This document shows, piece by piece, positions 44,286 through 53,300 of a DNA stretch of 64,000 nt (positions are counted from its first letter, which is position 1; every line of letters begins with the position of its first letter). The notes below the pieces were generated by a model. That model made no database searches. It was not told the DNA's origin and worked only from the letters and a program-made list of their open reading frames with translations. The position numbers and the translations under genes were made by a program. Source of the stretch: an uncultured Gammaproteobacteria bacterium (GTDB lineage Bacteria; Patescibacteriota; Microgenomatia; UBA8517); contig CAZRJH010000004.1 of NCBI GenBank assembly GCA_964600575.1, positions 70,711 through 134,710 on the forward strand. The letters are read 5' to 3'.

Positions 44286-45200
44286 ATGACGGAAAAAAGA
44301 CAATTAAGTAATCCCGAGAGCGCTGCATTAGAAGCAATTTCCAGAGTTTGGGGCCAATCAGGTACGGCTTCAGGGATAAAAGAAAAAGGTTTGGAAATAT
44401 TAGATAATTTAAAAATAAAATCAGGTGTATTTGAGCGGGAAGCCTATGACATTAATAAGGTTGATGTATGGTACTTGGGACAAATTTACAAAGCTCTTGA
44501 ATCCGAAAACAACAGAGACCTCGAAAATTTACTTCTTTATCAGGATAGGTATTTTAGCCGAGAATTTTTTGGTAAAAGTATGCATGATGTTTTTGGTGTT
44601 GCCGAGGCCGGCCATGGCTTTGATCAAAGAAAATTTGATCGTGAACACCCTGGAAAATACGACTGGTTGAGTACGAGAGATAAGGTGCAGTCCAAATTAT
44701 TAGGGGAATACCCCGACCAACAAACCTTTCAAGGTAGAGAGGTCGCTATTTTGGTTAAAGATAAGTACCCGGACATGCCCCATAAAGTTGTTGAAGGCAT
44801 CCTCGTAAGATACCAAGACGATAAGAATCGAAGCTCGATTTATCATATAAAAACGGGAAGCGGCGAAGTCGTCGATGTTGATTTGTACAAAGGCGACTTT
44901 AGGGTTAAGGACGTTTCTAAGCCCACATATAGAGAAATAGTTGGGCGGGCACAAGACGACGGCTATGTCGAGGGTGGATACGGCCATGAATTTAATAAGG
45001 GTGAATCATTTAGATGGGTGATTCCAGACAAAGAAAACGGTAAATGGAGGATGGTTCTTGCTACTGTGGTCAAGCCAAGGAGTTTTTCGTCCTCTTTGTT
45101 TACGGTTCGGGTTGGAGAAATGCAAGTTGAGTTAAATACAAATACTTTTTTTAGTGACGGCAATCAAATGTTTGTTAGGGAACGCCACATCTTTAAATAG
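44286..45200 (+). CDS. Hypothetical cytoplasmic protein
   Basis: 304-aa ORF filling the leuS-comEA gap with its own promoter; no recognised motif. Confidence 0.8.
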   Translation: MTEKRQLSNPESAALEAISRVWGQSGTASGIKEKGLEILDNLKIKSGVFEREAYDINKVDVWYLGQIYKALESENNRDLENLLLYQDRYFSREFFGKSMHDVFGVAEAGHGFDQRKFDREHPGKYDWLSTRDKVQSKLLGEYPDQQTFQGREVAILVKDKYPDMPHKVVEGILVRYQDDKNRSSIYHIKTGSGEVVDVDLYKGDFRVKDVSKPTYREIVGRAQDDGYVEGGYGHEFNKGESFRWVIPDKENGKWRMVLATVVKPRSFSSSLFTVRVGEMQVELNTNTFFSDGNQMFVRERHIFK

Positions 45201-45235
45201 TTGCAAATTAAACTTCAAGGGAATTAAATAAATGA

Positions 45236-45865
45236 ATGGATTCGTCTAAATTCGACGAGTTTTTATATAAATTCCGCCAACCGTTGATTCTTGTTGTTCT
45301 TGGGCTCATTGTAATTGGTATAGGTTTTATTTTTGTTAAAGGCGGCATAGATACTACTCAAACAAAAGTCGAGGTGTTACAGGGTTCTACATTAACGCAA
45401 ACATCTAACGAGATTACCGCGGAAATTGCGGGACAAGTTATAACCCCGGGCGTTTACAAACTTAAATCCGATAGTAGAGTGGATGATCTCCTAATTGCGG
45501 CAGGTGGTTTTTCGGTAGACGCAGACAGAGTTTGGACAGACAAAAATCTTAATAGGGCAGCCAAACTTTTGGACGGGCAAAAGATATATATCCCTAAAAT
45601 AAACGAGCAATCGAAAGTTCTGAGTGCTAAAGATACTAGTGGAGATCAAACTATATCAACGGCATTTTTAACCGATAGTGTTGAGTTGGTTAACATCAAC
45701 AATGCCAGCCTTGAAGAATTAGATAAACTTCCGGGAATAGGCCCTGTTTACGGGAAAAACATCATTGATCACAGACCTTACTCAAATATCGAAGAGTTGT
45801 TGTCTAAGGGTGTTTTAAAGAAAAATATCTACGAAAAGATTAAAAATGTGATTTCGGTTTACTAA
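45236..45865 (+). CDS. comEA: Competence DNA receptor ComEA
   Basis: N-terminal TM, SLBB-like (EIAGQVITPGVY...NRAAKLLDGQKIYIP), HhH (VNINNASLEELDKLPGIGP). Confidence 0.93.
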   Translation: MDSSKFDEFLYKFRQPLILVVLGLIVIGIGFIFVKGGIDTTQTKVEVLQGSTLTQTSNEITAEIAGQVITPGVYKLKSDSRVDDLLIAAGGFSVDADRVWTDKNLNRAAKLLDGQKIYIPKINEQSKVLSAKDTSGDQTISTAFLTDSVELVNINNASLEELDKLPGIGPVYGKNIIDHRPYSNIEELLSKGVLKKNIYEKIKNVISVY

Positions 45866-45875
45866 ACATAACTCT

Positions 45876-46958
45876 TTGAAAATCTTCATTAAACTGCTCC
45901 AAAATAACCCGTTGATATTCATACTTTTATTTTTGGTTGGTATAAGGTTTTCGACTGCAAAAGATAAAACTCCGGACGGGGTAAAAGTTAGAATTACGAC
46001 AACAGTTCTGACAGATCCTATAAAGTATGACAACTCTCAGTATATTAACGCTGCCGGGTTAAAGATTTACCTACCACTTTTCCCCGAAATTTATTACGGA
46101 GATAAAATTATTTTGGAAGGTGATACTCAAAACGGATTCTTGAAAAACGCAAAACTTGTAGGTAATCATTCCCAAGATAAATTACTTTTTGACATACGGA
46201 AAAGACTTCTAAGTTTTTATCAGTCAAATTTACCGGAACCGTTTTCGGGGCTTTTGAGTGGGGTGGTTATTGGAGATAAAGGTGCCCTAACTGCAGGTTT
46301 TTGGAAAGATGTTAAAAAAGTCGGAGTTGCCCATGTTGTTGTGGCCTCGGGGACAAACATAACTTTTGTAACATCGTTTTTAATAGCTTTTTTGTCTATA
46401 TTCACAAAAAGAAAAATTTTGATACCTTTTGTAATACTAGGAATACTTTTGTATATGTTTATTTCCGGATTTCAGGCTCCGATTGTAAGGGCTGCCTTAA
46501 TGTCTTCGGCTCTTCTTTTGACACAAGCTTTAGGCAGACCTTCCTCCGGAGGGAAAGTACTTGTATCAACGGCGCTAGTCATGTTGGCAATAAACCCGGC
46601 CTGGTTGGGGGATATCGGATTTATATTGTCTTTTGTGTCTACCGCTTCCTTAATGCTCTTTCAAAAAAGAATCGATTCGTATTTTAGATTTATGCCGGGG
46701 TTAATTAGGGAAGGATTTTCCACCAGCCTTGCGGCCCAAATAGGCGTAGCACCGATACTCTTTGTTACATTTGGAGAGTTTTATATATTGTCTCCCGTTG
46801 TTAACGCTTTGGTTCTTTGGACGATACCTTTTATTATGATTTTTGGGAGTATTGCGGGTGTTGTTTCTTTAATATTTGAACCACTAGCAAAGCTGGTACT
46901 GATTGCGGCTTATCCGTTTTTGTTTTGGTTTGTTAAGATTGTAGAACTTTTTGCCTAA
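45876..46958 (+). CDS. comEC: ComEC/Rec2 competence membrane domain
   Basis: GVAHVVVASGTN, PIVRAALM, DIGFILSF, FSTSLAAQ; TTG start. Confidence 0.9.
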   Translation: MKIFIKLLQNNPLIFILLFLVGIRFSTAKDKTPDGVKVRITTTVLTDPIKYDNSQYINAAGLKIYLPLFPEIYYGDKIILEGDTQNGFLKNAKLVGNHSQDKLLFDIRKRLLSFYQSNLPEPFSGLLSGVVIGDKGALTAGFWKDVKKVGVAHVVVASGTNITFVTSFLIAFLSIFTKRKILIPFVILGILLYMFISGFQAPIVRAALMSSALLLTQALGRPSSGGKVLVSTALVMLAINPAWLGDIGFILSFVSTASLMLFQKRIDSYFRFMPGLIREGFSTSLAAQIGVAPILFVTFGEFYILSPVVNALVLWTIPFIMIFGSIAGVVSLIFEPLAKLVLIAAYPFLFWFVKIVELFA

Positions 46959-47863
46959 TGAAACAAACAAAGTACCTAATTTTATTTTTATCTTTCATTT
47001 TAATGATTACTTGGGCAGTTGCTTTGTCTATTCCTGAATTAAAACTGCGCATTATTGTTTGTAGTGTAGGACAGGGGGACGCAATACTTACTATATATAA
47101 AAATACACAAATATTAACTGACGGCGGCCCGGGAAATTCTGTTATTGAATGTTTAGGACGTCATATGCCTCCTTGGGACAGAAAAATTGAACTAGTTATT
47201 TCTACTCATCCTGATGCCGATCATTTGACAGGGTTGGTGGAAGTAGCCAAAAGATATACTGTGGCTAATATATTAATAAACCCTATCAATTCTGGCACTC
47301 AAACTATCAAAGCGCTAGAAAATCAGGTAGGGAGTAAGGGTATAGAGGTAATAAAACCCGAAGATGGTCAAAACATTGGCTTGGGTTTGATACATTTAGA
47401 TGTGGTGAACCCTTCCAAGTCTCAAGTGCTGGGTTTGGCCACAAAAGTGGATGGTGATGTCTTGGGTTTTTATAAACCGGAGGACCCGACAAACGACTAC
47501 TCGGTTACATACAAGCTTAGCTTTGGAGAGTTTAGAGGACTTTTTACAGGTGACATCGGTCCGGAAGTTTCTGAAAGGCTGGCGATAGAAAATAAAATCG
47601 GAAAGGTTGACTATATCAAAATACCTCATCATGGTTCCAAGAACGGATTAACGGAAAATCTCCTCAAACAAGTTATGCCTAAAGTTGCGGTTATTAGTGT
47701 AGGCAAAAATAGCTACGGGCATCCAAATTTCGAAGTGATTAACTTACTAAAAGATTATAAGGTGGATACTTATAGAACAGATGAAGTTGGTGATGTTGTA
47801 TTGGTTACGGATGGTAAACAGGTGTGGATGAAAAAAATGAACTGGAGGTTTCCGCAGCAATAA
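46958..47863 (+). CDS. ComEC-type metallo-beta-lactamase-fold domain as a separate gene
   Basis: VGQGDA, DGGP, THPDADH, FTGD, KIPHHGS, ISVGKNSYGHP, RTD. Confidence 0.9.
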   Translation: MKQTKYLILFLSFILMITWAVALSIPELKLRIIVCSVGQGDAILTIYKNTQILTDGGPGNSVIECLGRHMPPWDRKIELVISTHPDADHLTGLVEVAKRYTVANILINPINSGTQTIKALENQVGSKGIEVIKPEDGQNIGLGLIHLDVVNPSKSQVLGLATKVDGDVLGFYKPEDPTNDYSVTYKLSFGEFRGLFTGDIGPEVSERLAIENKIGKVDYIKIPHHGSKNGLTENLLKQVMPKVAVISVGKNSYGHPNFEVINLLKDYKVDTYRTDEVGDVVLVTDGKQVWMKKMNWRFPQQ

Positions 47864-47881
47864 AAAGTGAAACCTCCAGTT
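47840..47881. terminator. Probable bidirectional intrinsic terminator
   Basis: 13-bp perfect arms AACTGGAGGTTTC / GAAACCTCCAGTT with a 16-nt loop, T-runs on both strands, between convergent genes. Confidence 0.7.
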
Positions 47882-47887
47882 TTGGAT

Positions 47888-48094
47888 TTATCCTCTGAAC
47901 ATCGGTTTGGCCAGAAGCCATACCAAGTACAAAAGAAAGATTCCAGCCAGGCATAAAAGTGTCGGGACGGGCCAGACCAAATATACAAACGTCTGAACGT
48001 CTGCTGCAAACGCAGGGTCAGAGGCCATCCGAGCTTCAATATAGAAGCCAAGCAGGGACAAAACCGGGAATACAACTAAAAGAACTTTTTTCAA
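47888..48094 (-). CDS. Small two-TM membrane protein (68 aa)
   Basis: SD-like AAAGGA before TTG; two hydrophobic segments; ends at the terminator. Confidence 0.6.
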   Translation of the reverse strand: MKKVLLVVFPVLSLLGFYIEARMASDPAFAADVQTFVYLVWPVPTLLCLAGIFLLYLVWLLAKPMFRG

Positions 48095-48134
48095 ATTAAA
48101 TTCCTTTCTTCCATCTGTGTCACTTATCCAGATT

Positions 48135-48233
48135 TCATCTGGTAAACCAAAAGACTATGTCCAGATAGAAAATTACACACAATATTAGGAAAAAAGCCCC
48201 AACTACAACACCAAGGATCTTAGGCTTCTTCAT
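48135..48233 (-). CDS. Small single-TM peptide (32 aa, MKKPKILGVVVGAFFLILCVIFYLDIVFWFTR)
   Basis: Translated by hand; GAGGA SD-like motifs upstream; downstream of a strong promoter. Confidence 0.5.
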   Translation of the reverse strand: MKKPKILGVVVGAFFLILCVIFYLDIVFWFTR

Positions 48234-48294
48234 TATTCCTCGTTCCTCAAAGTGCAAAAAAAGTATAATTCAGGTTTGTAATAAACCTATAGTC

Positions 48295-48323
48295 ATTATA
48301 TCACGCACGATAATAAAAATCAA
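48295..48323 (-). promoter_or_regulatory. Strong sigma70 promoter for the two small ORFs
   Basis: Minus strand TTGATT-N17-TATAAT with an extended TG. Confidence 0.7.
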
Positions 48324-48456
48324 GGTTGATATAGTTATTACCAAACATTTTCATTTTTGTGCCTGGGTTTAGCCCCTAAACTACATTAATTAGGGTAACT
48401 TTGTGCCTGCAGTACACCAGTACAAACCGATATCTTTTTAGTGATAAAATATGGCC

Positions 48457-50115
48457 ATGATCGAGACACTGGAAAGCAAAATCGCTAAAGTATTGGGCGC
48501 GGAGGCTAAGTTGGTTATGACTGACGATCCGAATTTTGGTGATTATTCAACAAATTTGGCAATGGTTAAAGCCAAAGCCGAAGGGCTAAATCCACGAGAG
48601 CTAGCCGATAAGTATAAAAATACCCTGGAATCAGACAAGGAAATATCTTCTGTTTTTGAAAAGATAGAAGTGGCCGGGCCTGGATTTATTAACTTCTACC
48701 TTAAAAAAGAAGTTTATTTTTCTGAAATCTCAAAGATCACAGACCTAAAAGACAAATACGGAAACTCGGATAGGCTCAAAGGTAAAAAGATAGTTTACGA
48801 ATATGCCCATCCAAACACTCATAAAGCTTTCCATATCGGTCATCTGCGCAATATTACAACAGGTGAAGCTCTAAGCAGGCTCACAGAAAGCCAAGGAGCT
48901 ACTGTTGTAAGAGTTAACTATCAGGGTGATGTTGGCCTGCATATAGCAAAAGCACTTTACGGAATAGAACTTATCGGGTTTGACGATCCTAAAGATATTC
49001 AAAAGCGTGCCGAATATCTTGGCAAGGCTTATGCGGCAGGGGCAACGGCGTACGAAGCAGACGAAAGAGCCAAAGAAAAAGTACATCTGATAAACGGAAA
49101 AATATATGACAAAAGTGATTCAAAAATTAACAAACTATATCAGGAAACTCGCATTTGGAGCTTGGACTATTTTGAAAGTATATATAAAAGAGTTTATACA
49201 ACCTTTGATAGGTTTTATTTTGAAAGTGAAGTTGCCGAAAGCGGAAAAGAGATCGCATTAAAAGCGTTAAAAGACGGCATTTTAAAAGAAAGCGAGGGTG
49301 CAGTTATTTTTCCGGGCTCGGAGATCGGCTTGCACGATAGGGTTTTTATAACAGGTAAAGGTGTCCCTACATACGAAGGAAAAGACTTGGGTCTTGCCGA
49401 GGTTCAGTTTGAGGAGCAGAATCCTGATCTTTTGATTCATACTGTAGGACCGGAGCAAACAGAATATTTCAAAGTTATATTTGCAGCTTTAGAACGCATT
49501 ATCCCGGAGACAAAAGGTAAAGAAAAACACATTCCATACGGTTGGGTGCGGCTCAAGGAAGGAAAGATGAGTTCCAGAACAGGCAATGTGGTTTTAGGTG
49601 AATGGCTTTTGGATGAGGCAAAAAGTAATATTAAGAATTCTTTTGATACAGAAGATGAAAAGGCAGAAAAAATCGCAGTGGCTGCAGTAAAATACTCTTT
49701 TTTGAAAAACAGTTTGGCCCAAGATATTGCTTTCGATCTTAAAGAATCGATATCAATAGAAGGTAACTCCGGCCCTTACATTCAATATACCTATGCCAGG
49801 TGTAAAAGTGTGCTTACCAGGGCAGGAAAACAAATTGAAGTAAGTATAGACGAGGTTGGTGCCTCCGAAATGCCTTTAGTTAAGTCTCTTTTTAATTTTC
49901 CGGATATAGTGGCTTCCGCGAACGATAGTTATTCACCAAACACTGTTACAAATTATCTTTTAGATCTTTCCCAGAAGTACAACGCCTTTTACAACTCCAA
50001 TAAAATATTAGGCTCAGAGCACGAAGAAACAAGATTGTTCCTTACTGAAAGTGTTTCGCAGGTGTTAAAAAACGGACTTAATCTTCTTGGGATTGAGACT
50101 GTAGAGAAGATGTAG
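48457..50115 (+). CDS. argS: Arginine--tRNA ligase
   Basis: FGDYSTN, AGPGFINF, PNTHKAFHIGHLRN, KMSSRTG, GNSGPYIQYTYAR, GLNLLGI. TGATAAAAT at 48442-48450 favours a leaderless start at ATG 48457 over 48451. Confidence 0.97.
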   Translation: MIETLESKIAKVLGAEAKLVMTDDPNFGDYSTNLAMVKAKAEGLNPRELADKYKNTLESDKEISSVFEKIEVAGPGFINFYLKKEVYFSEISKITDLKDKYGNSDRLKGKKIVYEYAHPNTHKAFHIGHLRNITTGEALSRLTESQGATVVRVNYQGDVGLHIAKALYGIELIGFDDPKDIQKRAEYLGKAYAAGATAYEADERAKEKVHLINGKIYDKSDSKINKLYQETRIWSLDYFESIYKRVYTTFDRFYFESEVAESGKEIALKALKDGILKESEGAVIFPGSEIGLHDRVFITGKGVPTYEGKDLGLAEVQFEEQNPDLLIHTVGPEQTEYFKVIFAALERIIPETKGKEKHIPYGWVRLKEGKMSSRTGNVVLGEWLLDEAKSNIKNSFDTEDEKAEKIAVAAVKYSFLKNSLAQDIAFDLKESISIEGNSGPYIQYTYARCKSVLTRAGKQIEVSIDEVGASEMPLVKSLFNFPDIVASANDSYSPNTVTNYLLDLSQKYNAFYNSNKILGSEHEETRLFLTESVSQVLKNGLNLLGIETVEKM

Positions 50116-50242
50116 CTTCTACCGGTTTATCTTCCGGTGCGCTTTTAAGCCAAACAACTTGACCTTGTTCTGTTACCTCTTTAATTACTTCTTGGGGAAA
50201 AGACTGTTTTAACTCGCTGCCCTTAATATTTTCCAATGTCAT
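50078..50242 (-). CDS. Small hypothetical protein (54 aa, MTLENIKGSELKQSFPQEVIKEV...)
   Basis: Translated by hand. TTGACA-N17-TAAATT (50278-50250) ends 7 nt before the ATG. Overlaps the argS 3' end by 38 bp. Confidence 0.45.
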   Translation of the reverse strand: MTLENIKGSELKQSFPQEVIKEVTEQGQVVWLKSAPEDKPVEATSSLQSQSQED

Positions 50243-50306
50243 ATTTCAAAATTTACTACTTTGTGTTTTTGCTGTCAAATTTTGGTTATAAAACACTAAA
50301 AGGGGC

Positions 50307-50380
50307 TTGCAATTTTCACGAAATAATAAGTAAATTAGTGTATTACAAAGTTGGACATTTGAATATAAATGTCCAAGTTT
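50307..50380 (+). promoter_or_regulatory. Putative promoter plus palindromic operator upstream of the HTH giant gene
   Basis: TTGCAA-N18-TAAATT (50307-50336), then TTGGACATTT-gaatat-AAATGTCCAA (50351-50376), a perfect 10-bp inverted repeat. Confidence 0.65.
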
Positions 50381-50396
50381 TTAAAGACACTGCCCA

Positions 50397-53300
50397 ATGA
50401 GATATTTAAAAATTGCCCAAGCTGCCGAAAAACTAGGAGTTTCTACAAAAACTCTTAGGCGATGGGAGGCATCGGGAATACTTACTCCAAGAAGGACTCC
50501 GGGAGGCCAAAGAGTTTATCTGGCTACACAGGTCGAGAGCTTTGTTAGACCCCAAAAACAAACAGGTAAAACAAGAGAAAGAGTATACGCACGAGTTCAT
50601 GAGGTTCATAAGAGTATTAGTTATAAAAGTTTTGCCTACGGCGGTGTGATGACGGCTTTTTTGGTTTTAACTTTCTTAAGCTTATTCAAAGTAGATTTTA
50701 GATTTAGAGCTGTCTCGCAGGAATCAAATGTACTTGGTGCTGCCTCAACCAGAAACCCTGTTATAGCTTTCATAGAAGACTTTACAAGACCTGTTTACAG
50801 CCTGTTCCAAAGCACCTCAAAAGGTATCCAGATAGCCTTGGCACATTTTGATATAAGCCAAACATTTGAAGGTGCAAACATTAGCGTTACCAACAACCAA
50901 GCAGGCGGAAGCACAGGAATTGCAGATAGATCTATAACAGGCAACAAAATTGCAATCCAGACAATACTTAACGAAAACATAGCCCGGGGCCAAATAAGCG
51001 TAGACAGACTTGTAGCCACAATGTCATTTCCTTCCACTTATTTAGTTGACTTATCTGCAATCAAACACACAACAACATCAAATCAAGGCTTAGTACTTCC
51101 AAATACATCAAACTCAAATCCAAGTAAGCCAACAAGCGGCGAAGGATATTTGGCATACGATACTTCTGGGAATCAGCTTATTCTTTATAACGGCAGTAAT
51201 TGGCAAACAGTTAGCGGCGGGGGCGGGGGTAGCGGCGATATAACAACGGTAACTGCCGGGGAGGGGTTAACCGGAGGAGGAGACTCGGGAGATATAACTC
51301 TCAACATTGTCGGCGGGAACGGTTTTTTGGTTTCGGGGGACCAAATTGATTTAGATACGACAACAACCGGAACAACTTCTACAACATCTGCAAATTCCGG
51401 CCTAGAAGTTACAACCGCCGGATTGTCTTTAATTAGAGGTTGTTCCAACTCGCAAATTCTAAAATGGAACGCATCTTCATCTATTTGGTACTGTGCTTCG
51501 GATAACAGTGGTAGCGGCGGCTCTCTTGATATAGAAGAAGGTGGTTCCGTTGTAGTATCTACACCAACCGCAATTAACTTTACCGCAAGTGAATTTGCCG
51601 TAACAGAATCACCAAGTGGAGTTGGTTTGATAGCTATTGATTATGTTAATTCTAAAATCAGCAGGTACGACGCAACAGAAACTTTAACCAATAAAACAAT
51701 CGCCGCAGGAAGCAATACAATCAGCGGCTTAACAAACGCAAATCTTACGGGATCTGCGGGAATTACAAACGCCAATTTGGCAAACTCATCTGTCACAATT
51801 AATTCCTCGGGAATATTAACGGGTGGTGGGTCCGTTTCACTTGGTGGCAATTTGACATTAACGGCAACAGAGGCTGATACATTGGCAGCAGTTACAGGTC
51901 GTGGCGCAACAACTTCTACTGCTTTAACGCTATCAAATGCATCAAACGCCATCACGGCGGGTACACTAACCGTTGGAAGCGACGCGGTTACCGATTTAAC
52001 GGGTAGCGGACTAACACTTAGTACGGGAGCATTGACTGTGTCGGGACTCACTACATCAAATTTTGCCAGTCCTAACATTTCCCAGTTTACAAACAATTCG
52101 GGTTATATCACTTCTTCTTCGAGTGACACGCTTACTAATAAAACAATTTCCGGTTCTAGCAATACTATTACAAGCATTGGAAATTCCTCACTTACAAATT
52201 CATCGGTTACTATTAACTCTTCGGGAATTCTTACAGGCGGCGGATCAGTTTCCTTGGGTGGAAATTTAACACTTACAGCTACCGAAGCAGATACTTTAGC
52301 GGCAGTAGTTACAAGAGGTTCCACAACAACAGCTTTGGTTAATCTTAATGGCGGAATAATTTCCCAAGGTGCAGTTACCGGTAAAGCATTAGTTAGAATT
52401 GATGAAACAGGCGACCAGAATCTGTTTGTTGCATCCGCATCAGGCGTTACTAAATTTACAATTGATAGGTCCGGTAACGTTGCCGCATCAGGAAATGTAA
52501 CGGGATCTAATCTTAGCGGTACAAACACAGGTGACCAAACAATTACTTTAACAGGGGACGTAACAGGAACAGGAACAGGCTCTTTTGCAACAACAATTGC
52601 CGCAAACTCAGTTGCGCTTACAACGGATACAACAGGTAACTATGTTGCCGACTTAAGTGCTGGCAATAATGCGATTACCATTGCAGGCTCGGCAGGGGAA
52701 GGTTGGACCCCTTCTGTTTCTTTGGCTTTGCAGTCTGCTGCGAACGGTCTTTCTTCTACAACATCCAACGGATCGGGTTTGGAAATAACCACCGGAGGAT
52801 TAACATTGCTTCAGGGTTGTGATGACGGGCAAATAATTAAGTGGAACGAAACAACGGATACTTGGGCATGTTCCAATGATTCTACAGGCGGAAGTTCTAT
52901 TACTGCAAAAGAAGGCGGATCGACAATTATATCTGCACTTTCTGCAATAAATTTTACGAGCAATGATTTTGTTATTACAGACGAAGGATCAAATCAGGCT
53001 GGAATTGCGGTTGATTATACAAACTCCAAGATTAGTAGGTACGATGCAAGCGAAACTTTAACAAATAAAACCATTTCGGGAGCAAGTAACACAATTAGTA
53101 ACATAGGGAACTCTTCCCTTACAAATTCTTCGGTCACTATTAATTCCTCGGGAATATTAACAGGCGGCGGATCTGTTGCACTGGGGGGAACCCTCAATTT
53201 AACTGCAACAGAGGCTGATACATTGGCCGCGGTAACAGGCAGAGGTGCAACAACTTCTACTTTGGTTAATCTTAACGGTGGAATAATTTCCCAGGGAGCC

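Noticed and set aside
45876-47863. comEC pseudogenised by a split
   Set aside because: Both parts are intact, TAATG-coupled, and the second has its own N-terminal anchor; split ComEC is a normal arrangement.
50120-50137. argS terminator ACCGG-N8-CCGGT
   Set aside because: Only a 5-bp stem with no adjacent U-tract, and it lies inside a plausible antisense small ORF.
50397-50560. IS607 transposase or standalone MerR regulator
   Set aside because: The HTH is followed in frame by a TM helix and fibre repeats. There is no serine-recombinase domain, TnpB or MerR effector domain.
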